Origin: a bacterium
Lineage (GTDB): Bacteria; UBA10199; 2-02-FULL-50-16; JAJFLM01
NCBI GenBank assembly: GCA_965216315.1
Contig: CBDCFN010000016.1
Location: 1,568,001 to 1,632,000 of the forward strand
Reading direction: 5' to 3'
DNA length: 64,000 nucleotides
Part shown: piece by piece, positions 11,501 through 21,740 of the stretch
Layout of the letters: each line of letters starts with the position of its first letter
Numbering within the stretch: the first letter of the stretch is position 1
Made by a program: the position numbers and the translations under genes
The notes under the pieces: model-generated
Told to the model about the DNA's origin: nothing
Database searches by the model: none
The model's input: the letters and a program-made list of their open reading frames with translations, nothing else

Positions 11501-11722
11501 GATGCCTGTGAAGTAAGAATGCGCCCTATCCTCCTGACCTCGCTTACAACAATACTCGGATCATTAACGATTGCGGGCGATCCCGTCTGGTCCGGCCTGG
11601 CCTGGTCGATTGTATTTGGCCTTTCCCTCTCAGCTATCCTTACGCTCATTATTTTCCCAACATTACTCTATCATTTTGTCGGCCCTCAAGAGTTCCAACG
11701 GGACGACAGCTGTAAAATATAG
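8504..11722 (+). CDS. RND efflux transporter permease (AcrB/AcrD/AcrF family)
   Basis: 1072 aa; GLLVDSATVIVENI, GIVVNNAIIL and RMRPILLTSLTT motifs; two large periplasmic loops. Confidence 0.93.
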   Translation: MNIFGHICQFCIQNRRLTFLLFIGVILWGGISFVIMPKRYNPDITAPAFQVRILFPEATGKEVYELITRPLENVIHEIPGIDEIYSQSIHGGESRVSVFFEVGENPDVSKIRLIQKINSNLQLKPEGVTNVAIETLDPDNLPIMTLAIRSKQLDPIELRKRAFLIKDELKKIAGTSIINVVGGQRRDFQVILDPARLKEYEVALDDIKINLAEKSLFRSLGHIKTRNQHTPIETSGTIRNVDELSNLIISSNVEQQLKIKDIAKVQIGRLETDSYVNFHTKDETISDAVFISIAKKKGGNITKIARNIRTAVTALQQQSPLLHNVTMQVIRDEGRVAYEELRRLTINLLQAITIVLIILFFFLNIRAAIVVAISIPLTLLTVFGIGNLVGFTINRITLFALILSLGLLVDSATVIVENIVRNKAEHPDMSKPAVISMSVAEVGMGLFLATITTVLAFIPMRFVTGMMGPYMGPLPFFVSTALLVALLFSYTLNPWLAYIFCSPTGTKGKSRPSLVERFANMIRGVYRRLLTALLDSKTKRRLLIGASIVLFCTILTFPALKLLRFRMLPKADREQIYVYLNLPDGAGVEKSNEVSSSLAELLLKNGNVLSVQSFVGQVPILDFNGLFRGASARQLPNHVTLRINLTHPSDRNLSSEELALQFRENLGPIISGVPDTHFQVIEDPPGPPVRSTFMIKIKTNDPKLLEKIAQEVATSVQLIDGIEDIDTSLIDPHKKYYLRVNLDQAAISQMNTQLIAEMLQTLYSGVQIGIYHSDSNVEQEYITLKFPREYRTKITELDHIYLNNKLGIPIPLSRFVSIDEQPSRPHILTDNRETVAYIMAEMGARSVTYAAIDFLRWLNNDRLDSGQLHKVGLIKSQFNAPDGTPIKIELDGEWKMTLEVFRDLGLAMIIAIGLIYIVLVAQFRSYRIPLLILMTIPLAFIGVFPGFAFLFWVNRIYFSATSMIGVIALSGIVVNNAIILLEYIINLMNTQGDYKASIIDACEVRMRPILLTSLTTILGSLTIAGDPVWSGLAWSIVFGLSLSAILTLIIFPTLLYHFVGPQEFQRDDSCKI

Positions 11723-11771
11723 CGATTTCCAATACTTGATTTACTAAGGCTCTTTACGTTACACAGCTTTG

Positions 11772-12164
11772 ATGGTGCAGAAATTAACCATGGTCGCATT
11801 GGGAGGCGGCGCGGGGGCCGTCTGTCGTTTTCTGTTATCGAGCTGGGTCCACCACCGAGTGGGTGTCAACTTCCCCTTTGGAACCCTTGTCGCCAATACG
11901 CTGGGCTGTCTCACCATCGGTTTTCTCCTAACCCTCTCTCATGACAAACTCCATATTGATACCCATCTATACGGGCTATTGATCATCGGTTTTCTGGGGG
12001 CTTTTACGACCTTTTCAACCTTCACCTTTGAAACGTGGAGACTCTTTGAGAACGGCGCGATGCTCCATGCCGGCCTTAATATTGCGGTGAGCCTTGCCGC
12101 CTGCTTTGTCGGTTTGGGCATCGGTATCATGACGGCCAAACTTCTCGAGGGAATGCTGGCATGA
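11772..12164 (+). CDS. crcB: fluoride efflux channel Fluc/CrcB
   Basis: GGGAGAVCRF, FPFGTLVAN and GFLGAFTTFSTF signatures. Confidence 0.95.
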   Translation: MVQKLTMVALGGGAGAVCRFLLSSWVHHRVGVNFPFGTLVANTLGCLTIGFLLTLSHDKLHIDTHLYGLLIIGFLGAFTTFSTFTFETWRLFENGAMLHAGLNIAVSLAACFVGLGIGIMTAKLLEGMLA

Positions 12165-13726
12165 TGAATTTTGCACGACGTAATTTGACCTTAGCGGTTG
12201 TCTTTTCCACAGGCGCCGCCATCCTTATCGTCGAAGTCGTCGCCACACGTATCCTCTCCCCTTATTTCGGTAACACGATATTCACTTTTTCAAGCGTCAT
12301 CGGCATCATCTTGGCGGCCCTCAGTTGTGGCTATTATATTGGCGGCATCTTAGCGGACCGCAAACCTACGCAGAGCCGGTTTTACAGCTTAATTTTGTTA
12401 GGCGGCATAAGTGTACTCCTCCTCAAACTCGCCATGCTCTTTATACTCCCCAAACTGGGTTACAGCCTTTCAATGATTCAAGGACCCCTCGTCCTGTCGC
12501 TCATTCTCTTCTTCTTGCCAGGCTTGTTGCTTGGAACACTCTCCCCATTCGCGATCAAGTTACAGCATGTCATGATGCCGGAAGAAGGTGTCGGCCGCGT
12601 TTCGGGACTTGTTTTCTTCTGGTCCACAGTCGGAAGCATCGTAGGCAGCCTAAGCGCGGGCTTCTGGCTCATTCCGCATTTCGGCGTAAGCGCTATTATC
12701 ACGACTGTCGGCGTATTTTTGGTGAGCCTGGGTGGTCTTGGCTTACTCATTACCGGAAAAAGAAAAATCATCACTGCCGTAAATATCTTTTTCGTCGGAC
12801 TGACCTTCGCTTTCTTTAATTTTATCATTCCGCACGGTATCGCGAGTAATATTTTGTATCACAAGGACGGCTACTACGAACACATTGCCATCAAGGATGG
12901 AATCTACAAGAAGCGGCCCATGCGTATGCTGATGCAAGACCTCAGTACAAACAGTGGCATGTATCTTGATACTGGCCTGATGGTCTTTGATTATACGAAG
13001 TATTACGAACTCTACCGAATCTTCACTCCCGAGCCGAAACATGCCCTCGCCATCGGTGGGGGGGCTTATTCGGTGCCTAAAGAGCTCTTGACCGCGCAGC
13101 CGGAAATTGTCATTGACGTCGCTGAAATCGAGCCATCGCTTTATTCGCTTGCCAAACAGTATTTTGGGCTTACACCGAGCCCTCAGATCAATAATTACAT
13201 CGACGACGGTCGCCGTTTCCTTCATGACACGACTGAGAACTACGATTTGATCTTCAGCGATGTCTATTTTTCATTCGCTTCCGTCCCCATGCACTGCACG
13301 ACGAAGGAATTCTTTCAACTCGCCGACGACAAACTCACTCCCAATGGCATTTTTATTGCTAACTTTGTCGGCAGCCTCTCTAAAAATGCGCGACCGCTCA
13401 TTCTTTCGGTGATCAAGACAATGAAAGACGTCTTTCCCCAACTCTATGTCTTTGCAATTATCAATCCGAATTCGGAAATCCCACAGAACTTTATCTTGGT
13501 CGGGCACAACAGCGAGGATTCCACAGTCCTCCAACGTGCTGATCTCTCGCAATTCACGAATCCTATTTTGCGTGATTTAAAGAGCAAACAATTACAGATT
13601 GGTCAGTTAGACTTAAGCCCCTACCCTGTTCTGACTGATGATTATGCGCCGGTGGAATATTTATCGGCTCAGGTAATTCGCCGTTATAATAAGATCATTC
13701 GCAAACAATCATTGCCCACGCTCTAA
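12161..13726 (+). CDS. membrane-fused spermidine synthase-like SAM-dependent transferase
   Basis: About seven N-terminal TM helices, then AIGGGAY, EIEP, DDGR, YDLIFSDV and LTDDYAPVE; overlaps the crcB stop (ATGA). Confidence 0.88.
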   Translation: MMNFARRNLTLAVVFSTGAAILIVEVVATRILSPYFGNTIFTFSSVIGIILAALSCGYYIGGILADRKPTQSRFYSLILLGGISVLLLKLAMLFILPKLGYSLSMIQGPLVLSLILFFLPGLLLGTLSPFAIKLQHVMMPEEGVGRVSGLVFFWSTVGSIVGSLSAGFWLIPHFGVSAIITTVGVFLVSLGGLGLLITGKRKIITAVNIFFVGLTFAFFNFIIPHGIASNILYHKDGYYEHIAIKDGIYKKRPMRMLMQDLSTNSGMYLDTGLMVFDYTKYYELYRIFTPEPKHALAIGGGAYSVPKELLTAQPEIVIDVAEIEPSLYSLAKQYFGLTPSPQINNYIDDGRRFLHDTTENYDLIFSDVYFSFASVPMHCTTKEFFQLADDKLTPNGIFIANFVGSLSKNARPLILSVIKTMKDVFPQLYVFAIINPNSEIPQNFILVGHNSEDSTVLQRADLSQFTNPILRDLKSKQLQIGQLDLSPYPVLTDDYAPVEYLSAQVIRRYNKIIRKQSLPTL

Positions 13727-13729
13727 CAT

Positions 13730-14398
13730 TTATCCACTATGCCGGATATCTTCGCCTTTAACGAGAAAGTTGACCTCTTCCGCTATATTGGTCGCGTGGT
13801 CCGCGACACGCTCTAAATGGCGCGAAATAATGATCAATCGCATGGCACGGCTGACCGCTTCCGAGTCTTTCTCCATTATACCCATCAGTTCCTCGAATAT
13901 CGTTGTTTCCAGCCCGTCTACTTCATCATCTGACTCGATAACATCTTGCGCGAGCTTAGGTTCTCCTTTAATGAAGGCATCCAGCGCTGTACGGACCATC
14001 GCCTCCGCTTTCTCGGCCATCAAAGGGAGATCCTTGTAAGGCTTGAGTGGTTCCTGTTTATTAAGCTCAAGGACCTGTTCACATATATTGACTGCAAGGT
14101 CGCCAATACGCTCTAAATCGGTGCTAATTTTCAGGCCAATCGTCACAAAGCGGAGGTCCGAAGCTGCGGGCTGATGAAGTGCTAAGACCATTAGACATAA
14201 ATCATCTACCTCTAACTCGAGTTTATTCACGTCCTTATCCGACAAAATAACCTCACGTGCGAGGTTAGAGTCCCTCTTTACAAGCGAGTTTATTGCTCGA
14301 ACAATCATTGACTCGACATCAGCGCCCATCCTCAAAATCATCTCTTTTAGTGAGCGAAGCTGTTGCTCATAATTTTCATCAGTATGTCTCGAAGCCAT
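13730..14398 (-). CDS. phoU: phosphate signalling protein PhoU
   Basis: QPAASDLR, DLERIGDLAVNI and LERVADHATNIAE motifs. Confidence 0.96.
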   Translation of the reverse strand: MASRHTDENYEQQLRSLKEMILRMGADVESMIVRAINSLVKRDSNLAREVILSDKDVNKLELEVDDLCLMVLALHQPAASDLRFVTIGLKISTDLERIGDLAVNICEQVLELNKQEPLKPYKDLPLMAEKAEAMVRTALDAFIKGEPKLAQDVIESDDEVDGLETTIFEELMGIMEKDSEAVSRAMRLIIISRHLERVADHATNIAEEVNFLVKGEDIRHSG

Positions 14399-14410
14399 AT
14401 ATAAACTCCT

Positions 14411-15187
14411 TTAGCCAAAACGACCCGTTATATAATCTTCCGTCTGCTTTTCTGAGGGGTTAGTGAAAAGATTTTTTGTTTCCCCATATTCAATCAGTTT
14501 TCCTATATAAAGAAATGCCGTTCTGTCTGAAACGCGTGCGGCTTGTTGCATGTTGTGCGTCACAATCATGATTGTATATTCCTCTTTCAACTCATGGATA
14601 AGTTGTTCGATTTTAGCCGTTGCAATCGGGTCGAGTGCCGAACAAGGCTCATCCATCAAGATAACTTCCGGCTGTGTCGCAATTGCTCGCGCAATGCACA
14701 GTCTCTGCATCTGGCCGCCAGATAAGCCAAGTGCGCTTTCATGAAGCCTGTCCTTGACTTCATCCCAGAGCGCGGCGGACTTAAGACTTTTTTCAACGAT
14801 TTCTGCGAGCATGGCCTTATTGTTTTTGCCAGCGACTCTTAGCCCAAAGACGACATTCTCAAAAATTGATTTTGGAAATGGATTATATTTTTGAAATACC
14901 ATTCCAACTCGCTTGCGCAAATCAATAACTTCTAGAGTTTTTGCATAAATACTTTCTCCGCCAAGGTGAATATCGCCGTTGTACCTAGCTCCCGCTACAA
15001 GATCGTTCATGCGATTGATATTTCTTAGCAACGTCGATTTTCCACAACCGGAAGGACCAATAAGCGCCGTAACCTGTCGCGCTGGAACCTTCATACTAAT
15101 ATCAAATAGGGCCTGTTTATCCCCATAGAAGAAATCGAAATTAACTATTTCGATAATCTTATCATTCACCGTACTAGAATGCGCCAC
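14411..15187 (-). CDS. pstB: phosphate ABC transporter ATPase
   Basis: [30 protein letters not shown] and the YITGRFG C-terminus. Confidence 0.97.
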   Translation of the reverse strand: MAHSSTVNDKIIEIVNFDFFYGDKQALFDISMKVPARQVTALIGPSGCGKSTLLRNINRMNDLVAGARYNGDIHLGGESIYAKTLEVIDLRKRVGMVFQKYNPFPKSIFENVVFGLRVAGKNNKAMLAEIVEKSLKSAALWDEVKDRLHESALGLSGGQMQRLCIARAIATQPEVILMDEPCSALDPIATAKIEQLIHELKEEYTIMIVTHNMQQAARVSDRTAFLYIGKLIEYGETKNLFTNPSEKQTEDYITGRFG

Positions 15188-16808
15188 TAGAATATCTCCT
15201 TCTTAACCGCTCACGGATAAATATCGCACCAATATTCAAAGTAAATATCAAAGCAATCAAGAGCAATGTTGTCGCAAACACCATCGGTTTCGCTGCCTCA
15301 GAATCGGGTGATTGAAACCCAAGATCGTAGATATGAAAGCCCAGATGCATAAATTTTTGATCAAGATGAATATAGGGAGCTATCATATTAAGGGGTAATT
15401 CCGGGGCTAACTTGACAACGCCCACAAGCATCAACGGGGCAACCTCTCCGGCCCCACGCGCCATTGCCAACACCATACCTGTAAGTATCCCCGGGCCCGC
15501 CGCAGGCAACACGATACGCTGAATAGTCTGCCATTTGGAAGCACCACAAGCGAGCGAAGCCTCACGCAATCCTTGACCCACGGCTGCCAAGGCTTCTTCG
15601 GTCGCTACGATGACGACCGGAACTGTCATTAACGCAAGTGTCAAAGAGGCCCACAGGAGGCCTCCTGTGCCAAAAGTCGGTGTAGGCAGTCGATGTGAAA
15701 AGAAAAATTGATCAATGGAACCACCGATTAAATAGACAAAGAAACCCAGTCCAAAGACGCCAAATACGATTGAGGGCACTCCCGCCAAATTATTAACCGC
15801 AATACGAACCATACGAACCCATAAGCCTTGCCTCGCATACTCCCTCAAATAAACGGCGGCTATGACCCCAAATGGGGTTACGGCTAGACTCATGAGAACA
15901 GTCATAATAAACGTTCCAAAAATAGCCGGAAATATACCTCCCTCCGTATTGGCCTCGCGCGGCTCCTCTATCAGGAAATGCCCCATATTTCGGAACATCA
16001 GACCCACTCTGGCGAGCCAACTTAGCTGGTTCGGATAGTATGTATGAAGAATTTGCCCAAGATGGAGCATCTTTTCTTCACCACTTGGCAACCAATAGCT
16101 AAGCCGAGCCGACACCTGCTCCTGTCTCAATTCCTTCGCCTTGGCAGCCAATTTTTCATACTGTTGCTGTAATTGTCTTTTTTCTTCTTCGAGCGAATTC
16201 AACCTTTGTTGTATCTCTGCCGTTAAAGTCCCTGACTCAAGTTTCTTTTGTTCATATCTTAGATTCTCGAGGCTATGGTTGATGCTACCGATGTCTATCC
16301 TCTCAATTTCTCTAATTTGATCCCAACGGGACTCAACTTCACTCACCAGTCGCTTTAACTCAGCATTGAACGTTGGCTGTTCTACCGAAATTTCCTTTCC
16401 ATCCGCTAAAAGTAATTGCTTGGGATACATGAGCGCATCACCATACTCCAAACGCTCCACGCTTAAAATATCTTTAGGGTAACTCTTTTTTAGGATATCG
16501 TTAGCATTTACGAATACAAAGCTCTGCCCGTAATCCTCCTTATTGCCAATGAATAATTGCCACTCTTCAACACCCTCTTCCGTAGTTTGCTCTTTGACTA
16601 ACTCGCCGGCTAGTTGCTCGCTGCCAATAGGGCTCTTTACTCCGGTTTTAAGTTGGATTTGAACGATTCGCTGCGGCCAAAAGGCTTCAAGGCCATTCAA
16701 GACGAGGACGGATAAAAGACCCACTACCATTATCAGTCCTAAGGCAAGGCCCATGCCGGTAAGCCAGACAAGATGTTCTCCTTGTTTTGATTTCCGCCTA
16801 AATATCAT
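15174..16808 (-). CDS. pstA: phosphate ABC permease PstA (long form with coiled-coil insert)
   Basis: [25 protein letters not shown] and [10 protein letters not shown] motifs. Confidence 0.93.
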   Translation of the reverse strand: MIFRRKSKQGEHLVWLTGMGLALGLIMVVGLLSVLVLNGLEAFWPQRIVQIQLKTGVKSPIGSEQLAGELVKEQTTEEGVEEWQLFIGNKEDYGQSFVFVNANDILKKSYPKDILSVERLEYGDALMYPKQLLLADGKEISVEQPTFNAELKRLVSEVESRWDQIREIERIDIGSINHSLENLRYEQKKLESGTLTAEIQQRLNSLEEEKRQLQQQYEKLAAKAKELRQEQVSARLSYWLPSGEEKMLHLGQILHTYYPNQLSWLARVGLMFRNMGHFLIEEPREANTEGGIFPAIFGTFIMTVLMSLAVTPFGVIAAVYLREYARQGLWVRMVRIAVNNLAGVPSIVFGVFGLGFFVYLIGGSIDQFFFSHRLPTPTFGTGGLLWASLTLALMTVPVVIVATEEALAAVGQGLREASLACGASKWQTIQRIVLPAAGPGILTGMVLAMARGAGEVAPLMLVGVVKLAPELPLNMIAPYIHLDQKFMHLGFHIYDLGFQSPDSEAAKPMVFATTLLLIALIFTLNIGAIFIRERLRRRYSSGAF

Positions 16809-19075
16809 AACGATTTGTACTTATTACGAATATGTTGTCGCAGTATCTCAGCTGCAGTGTTCAATATGAATGTCATTAGAAACAGAACCATCGCACCGAG
16901 AAACAATGTACGGTACAATGTCCCTTGAAATGGAGCCTCAGGCAATTCGACGGCAAGATTGGCCGACAAAGTTCGAAATCCCGAAAAAATATTAAAATCG
17001 CTAATAGGCGTATTGCCTGTTGCCATTAAAACAATCATTGTCTCACCAACAGCGCGACCGAGACCAATCATCACCGCTGAAAAAATTCCGGCCGCAGCAG
17101 TCGGAACGACAACACGCCAGGCTGTTTGCCAACGACTCGCTCCCAGCGCTAAAGCGGCTGAGCGTAAGGACATGGGCACAGATGACAAGGCGTCTTCGCT
17201 AATCGTAAAGATAATCGGTATAACAGCAAAACCCATTATAAATCCGACAACGAGTGAATTGCGTTGCTCGAAGCTCCCACCGGTAACCTGCGTCCACCAC
17301 ACGCGAAAATCCCCAAAAAAATAGCTCTCGAGAAAAGGACCGCAGGACCACGCAACAAAAGCAATAAAGATAAGGCATGGTATTAATACGAAGGCCTCCA
17401 TACCCTCGGGGAAAAACCTCCGCCAGGACTTAGGTACTTTTTGCCAGAGCTCCGCGATAAGAATAACAGACAGTGGCAATACAATGATGATAAGTAAAAT
17501 AGAAGGAACCTTATTTTCAATCAGTGGTGCTAACCATAGGGCTGCCAGAAATCCTAATATCACGGAGGGGAGTGATGCCATAATTTCCATGATGGGTTTT
17601 ACAAAACGCTTATAGTTAGGGCGCATAAACTGAGAGGTGTAAAGACCTGCAAGGAGTGCGATCGGTAAGGCAAAGATCATTGCATAGAATGTCCCCTTAA
17701 GTGTTCCGATCAATAACGGTATGATTGAAAGTTTAGGTTCGAAGGCATCTGAACCCCCAGTAGACTGCCAGGTATAAGTTGGCTCTGAACCCCCTTCATA
17801 CCAAATCTTTGAAAAAAATGCCCTCATACCTCCGGCAGGATGAGGGTCATTGATTGCATATAAGTGGAGTTGTGCTGATCGATCTAGAAAAACAAGGCGT
17901 TGATACTTGCGCGAAAGCACCCCTAATAAAGCATTAAAAGGTAGTTGCTCCGACCATCTAACCTCAGCCGTTGTACCGTAGCGAATAGATGCGTTGTCTG
18001 GTGTTCCCACAAGAATGGCCTTATTTCGCAAACTCTTGCTAAAGTAGCGCATCGGTCCCGGTAAAACTGGAAACTCTTTGGTGCGTTGAAAGACTCTCTG
18101 GGTGTGCCCGGGCGGAACTGATAAGCTATATAGATAATTAGTACCATCCGCGTGAGTCACATAGAGCGAGACCCCTCCCAGCAGGAAATCAAGTGAAGCG
18201 ATGCGAGAATCCTTGAACGTTTCAAAAGGCTTGAACTGCTGCCTTAATTGAACCTCTCCCTCATTATAGCGAAAGAAATAAAGCATTCCCTCCTGGGTAG
18301 TCACGATAACCGTATCCGCTGCTTCGTTTACTCGAATGAGCTGGGCTTCACCTCTGACCTGAGAGCTAATATCAATACGAGCGTCTACACTGAATTCTCC
18401 TTCGCTTAATAGAGAGCTTTCTTGTGAAAGACTGACAATTTGTATCTTCTGCTGCTGCCTTGACTTCGTAATAGCAGCAATAAGCTGAACCTCTTCAGCG
18501 GACCCATACGCCATATCAATGATATTTACCGGCTCCGCCACGTCTTCAACTAAACCATCACTTAGATCACTCGATTTCTCAAAATCATACCAAGGTGTCG
18601 CTGTTAATGAGTAGGTGACCTTACGCTGCTGCTTCCCATCAACTTCTGAATATTGAGGCTGATAAGCCAGCGACATAAGCGAAAACTTGGCATCCGTTGT
18701 GGCAAACACTATTGTTTGACTATCAGCATCATATACCATGCCTGCAACCGGTTCCCTGAATTCAATTGGAAGCGCAGCCGTCTGCATACCTGCTGAGCCA
18801 ACCAAATCGATAAAGTAGAGCTCCGCTTGAGACGTGAGGACGAAAGGCAGCTCTCCCCACTCATCAACCCCTAAAATTTCATACTGATCTGGTTTTATGG
18901 GGATCGACTTAATCGGCGTTATTTTAGCTGCCGCAAACAAGGGAATAACTTGCCACAAAATAAACAGAAAAATTGCAAGAACAGACGCAATGATGCCCGC
19001 TCCACCCACTTTAATAAGATGGGTCATGAGCTTATCTATAAAAAGAGTCGAATTTTTTATGCCAAGTAATTTCAA
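16805..19075 (-). CDS. pstC: phosphate ABC permease PstC (long form with periplasmic domain)
   Basis: WQSTGGSD-x-FEPKLS, KPIMEIMASLPSV and GRAVGETMIV motifs. Confidence 0.92.
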   Translation of the reverse strand: MKLLGIKNSTLFIDKLMTHLIKVGGAGIIASVLAIFLFILWQVIPLFAAAKITPIKSIPIKPDQYEILGVDEWGELPFVLTSQAELYFIDLVGSAGMQTAALPIEFREPVAGMVYDADSQTIVFATTDAKFSLMSLAYQPQYSEVDGKQQRKVTYSLTATPWYDFEKSSDLSDGLVEDVAEPVNIIDMAYGSAEEVQLIAAITKSRQQQKIQIVSLSQESSLLSEGEFSVDARIDISSQVRGEAQLIRVNEAADTVIVTTQEGMLYFFRYNEGEVQLRQQFKPFETFKDSRIASLDFLLGGVSLYVTHADGTNYLYSLSVPPGHTQRVFQRTKEFPVLPGPMRYFSKSLRNKAILVGTPDNASIRYGTTAEVRWSEQLPFNALLGVLSRKYQRLVFLDRSAQLHLYAINDPHPAGGMRAFFSKIWYEGGSEPTYTWQSTGGSDAFEPKLSIIPLLIGTLKGTFYAMIFALPIALLAGLYTSQFMRPNYKRFVKPIMEIMASLPSVILGFLAALWLAPLIENKVPSILLIIIVLPLSVILIAELWQKVPKSWRRFFPEGMEAFVLIPCLIFIAFVAWSCGPFLESYFFGDFRVWWTQVTGGSFEQRNSLVVGFIMGFAVIPIIFTISEDALSSVPMSLRSAALALGASRWQTAWRVVVPTAAAGIFSAVMIGLGRAVGETMIVLMATGNTPISDFNIFSGFRTLSANLAVELPEAPFQGTLYRTLFLGAMVLFLMTFILNTAAEILRQHIRNKYKSL

Positions 19076-19098
19076 TTTTTATCCCCTACGAAAAACAC

Positions 19099-19138
19099 AA
19101 TCGGTGAGAGCGATGCTTAACATCTGCTCCCACCGATT
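19099..19138 (-). terminator. stem-loop between pstS and pstC (terminator or mRNA stabiliser)
   Basis: AATCGGTG...CACCGATT stem with inner GAGC/GCTC and GATG/CATC pairs, followed on the minus strand by GTGTTTTT. Confidence 0.6.
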
Positions 19139-19194
19139 CGGAGAGTACTCAGGCTGCTAAGACACCTGAGACTTGAGGCCACCCTGGGTCAAGG

Positions 19195-20181
19195 CTATTG
19201 GGCTGCCAAAATTGTTACCTCTTTTGAGGCTATTTTCTCAGGCAATGGGAAATAGCCATCCTTAACGACAATTCTTTGTCCCTGTTGTGATTGTATAAAG
19301 CGAAGAAATTCAAAAGTTAGCTTATCCAACGCTTTTCCAGGTGCTTTATTGACGTAAATGTAGAGATAACGTGCAAGAGGATATTGCCCGCTTAAGGCCT
19401 TATCTGCCGTCGGCGCATAACAGTCACCCTTCTCCTTAACAGGTACAAATTTTACTCCCGAGGTCTTGTAACCAACACCCGAGTAACCAATTCCCGCGAT
19501 ATCACTAGAAACACCTTGCACAACCGCGGAAGAACCCGGCTGTTCCTTGACTGTTGACTTATAATCTCCTTTCTTCAAGACCTTCTTTTTGAAGAAGCCA
19601 TAAGTCCCCGAGGCACTATTGCGTCCATAAACCGAGAGAGGCCGATTTGCCCAGACACCTTTAAGCCCGAGATCTCCCCAAGTCTTGGCATCCTGGCCCC
19701 CTCTTTTGAGAGTACTTGAGAAAACAGAGTCTAACTGTTGCATGGAAAGACATTGGATCGGGTTATCCTTGTGAACATAGACCGCCAAGGCATCCACTGA
19801 AGTCTTAACTTGGGTAGGCTTATAACCGAATTTCTTCTCGAACGCATCCGTCTCCTTAGACTTCATGGCTCGGCTCATCGGTCCTAGTTGTGCCGTCCCA
19901 CTAATCAGGGCCGGGGGTGCCGTCGAAGAGCCTTTCCCTTCGATTTCAACGGTCACATTCGGGTAGATGGCCTTAAAGCCTTCTGCCCAATATGTCATCA
20001 GATTGTTCAGCGTATCAGAACCGATACTATTGAGTTTTCCTGAAACGCCGCTAGTCTGATCATAGGACTTTAATTTGGGGTCTAATTTGACGGTGCTTGC
20101 GTCGGCATTACTGCTAACTACAAGGCAAGCTACCGCCGCAAGAGTCACCGAGACTCGTTTTAGTTTATTTCCAAATCCCAT
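19195..20181 (-). CDS. pstS: phosphate-binding protein PstS
   Basis: Signal peptide; SIGSDTL, GKGSSTAPPAL, MSR, GRNSASGTYGFF and YPLARYLY motifs. Confidence 0.96.
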   Translation of the reverse strand: MGFGNKLKRVSVTLAAVACLVVSSNADASTVKLDPKLKSYDQTSGVSGKLNSIGSDTLNNLMTYWAEGFKAIYPNVTVEIEGKGSSTAPPALISGTAQLGPMSRAMKSKETDAFEKKFGYKPTQVKTSVDALAVYVHKDNPIQCLSMQQLDSVFSSTLKRGGQDAKTWGDLGLKGVWANRPLSVYGRNSASGTYGFFKKKVLKKGDYKSTVKEQPGSSAVVQGVSSDIAGIGYSGVGYKTSGVKFVPVKEKGDCYAPTADKALSGQYPLARYLYIYVNKAPGKALDKLTFEFLRFIQSQQGQRIVVKDGYFPLPEKIASKEVTILAAQ

Positions 20182-20232
20182 TATATTGTTACTCCATATT
20201 GATAGTTAAGATACATTTCTTCGCCACCTACG

Positions 20233-21381
20233 TTAGAATACAAACTGCAATTGATTCCGTACTCTAAAATCATCCTGATTCAGCGTCCCCCCGTTATTGA
20301 TCAGGTAGGCGACATCCGTTTGAAACTTAATTGGATGTCCTTTAATGAACCAGTTGAGTGACATCGCATACTCATGTTCATTAACAACCGCATTCGTGAA
20401 GAAAGTTGAAGCTCCACGAGCGGCAATTTCAAATATTTCAGGAACAATGAAATACCCGACCTGCATCAAATATCCCAAGTTTGTCAGCTTCGGAGCATCA
20501 TGAGTGCGAAGCATCATCGCAGCGGCCTGCAATGAGAACCCTTTATACTTAAAGCCAACATCAATTGTCCCATGACTTGTCTTGGTTCCCGCAGCCACGG
20601 TGCCGCCGGAAAATCCCAAATCATGTTCATTAAAGGCATAGGCAATCCCGACCCCTAAATCCGGATCTTCATGCCATTTCACATCCGATTCGGAACTCTT
20701 ATACTTCCCAAGAATGGGAAACTCAATCCGCGTCCCGAACAGCAGACCTTGGTTGACATTAAACGTGTTGGCTCCCGCACCGTTCATCGCGAAGATGTCA
20801 TAGCGAAAGTGCTCCCACGGATGACCATGGATCGAAACACCGATGTCACGTTTAAAAGTGAAATCTCCGGTCGATAAGGCGCGATCAACAAACTGCTGTT
20901 TTCCAGACGAGGTCAATTCTTGCTTCAAGAATGGGACTTTAAACTGACCAAAGCGAATCCCGATCCACTTGAGCGGTGTCCAATCGGCATAGGCATCTTC
21001 CAAGTCGAAAAGACCCGATGTCGACTCGCGCGTCACGACGGTTGTTCCACCAACCGAAGTCGTGCGCGTACTGCTCTTCGTACCAAAGGCGCCTTGAAGT
21101 TTAAACTTCAAGTTTGGGTTGAGGACATGACCCTTAAAGCTTAGCTTGGCCCTTCTGACCTCAAATGTATTGGTGTCAGCGACACTGTTCTCCCGGAGAG
21201 TGTACGTATGCCGCCCCTGAACCCGACCCGAGATGTTAACTTCGTTATTGCCGTCTTCCGACTTGACCTTAGTTCCCTTACCGACTTTGTAGCTGACCTC
21301 GACGGCCTCAACCGGTCCTTGCAAAGCAAAAACGGCCGCAACGGCTACCACTATTGCTAGAGCTGTTTTCTTATTAAACAT
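20233..21381 (-). CDS. phosphate-selective porin (OprO/OprP family)
   Basis: Signal peptide, F-x-VRRAKL, GQFKVPF, QFVDR, C-terminal Phe; lies directly upstream of pstS. Confidence 0.85.
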   Translation of the reverse strand: MFNKKTALAIVVAVAAVFALQGPVEAVEVSYKVGKGTKVKSEDGNNEVNISGRVQGRHTYTLRENSVADTNTFEVRRAKLSFKGHVLNPNLKFKLQGAFGTKSSTRTTSVGGTTVVTRESTSGLFDLEDAYADWTPLKWIGIRFGQFKVPFLKQELTSSGKQQFVDRALSTGDFTFKRDIGVSIHGHPWEHFRYDIFAMNGAGANTFNVNQGLLFGTRIEFPILGKYKSSESDVKWHEDPDLGVGIAYAFNEHDLGFSGGTVAAGTKTSHGTIDVGFKYKGFSLQAAAMMLRTHDAPKLTNLGYLMQVGYFIVPEIFEIAARGASTFFTNAVVNEHEYAMSLNWFIKGHPIKFQTDVAYLINNGGTLNQDDFRVRNQLQFVF

Positions 21382-21463
21382 TCATTCTCTCCTTATCCCT
21401 AGACCCCCTAAGGGCTAAACTGTTATTAAAAACTCTATTGGGGATGAACCTAGTATGCGGTGG

Positions 21464-21503
21464 GTGACGATATGATGGGGGGATTGTGACAATTGCGTGA
21501 CAA
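21464..21503 (-). promoter_or_regulatory. Pho box upstream of the porin-pst operon
   Basis: Minus strand TTGTCAC-GCAA-TTGTCAC (11-bp period) plus TCGTCAC 22 bp further downstream. Confidence 0.75.
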
Positions 21504-21587
21504 TTAAAAAGGCCTGGATGAGCCTGCAACCGCTAGGATTACAGCTCCCCAGGCCAGCAAACCGCTGATTCTGGCTATTTTTAGCAT
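21504..21587 (-). CDS. putative small hydrophobic protein (27 aa, MLKIARISGLLAWGAVILAVAGSSRPF)
   Basis: AAGGGAGG Shine-Dalgarno just after the stop of the upstream small ORF (short spacer to ATG); read directly from the sequence. Confidence 0.45.
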   Translation of the reverse strand: MLKIARISGLLAWGAVILAVAGSSRPF

Positions 21588-21596
21588 AGTCCTCCC

Positions 21597-21698
21597 TTAA
21601 TCCATTGAGAACACCGGTGTGCGCCCACCGGCTCCACTGCCCATGTACAGACCAAACAACATGGCCAGGGTTACTCGTCTTATCACGTTCATGATCAT
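21597..21698 (-). CDS. putative small protein (33 aa, MIMNVIRRVTLAMLFGLYMGSGAGGRTPVFSMD)
   Basis: AAGGAGA Shine-Dalgarno 6 nt before ATG, downstream of a Pho-box promoter. Confidence 0.5.
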   Translation of the reverse strand: MIMNVIRRVTLAMLFGLYMGSGAGGRTPVFSMD

Positions 21699-21740
21699 TA
21701 TCTTTCTCCTTTATTCTTTTTTCTTTATTATTCGGAGCGA

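Noticed and set aside
11722..11772. Fluoride riboswitch upstream of crcB
   Set aside because: The 50-nt gap lacks the conserved GGCGATGG-type aptamer core and a terminator.
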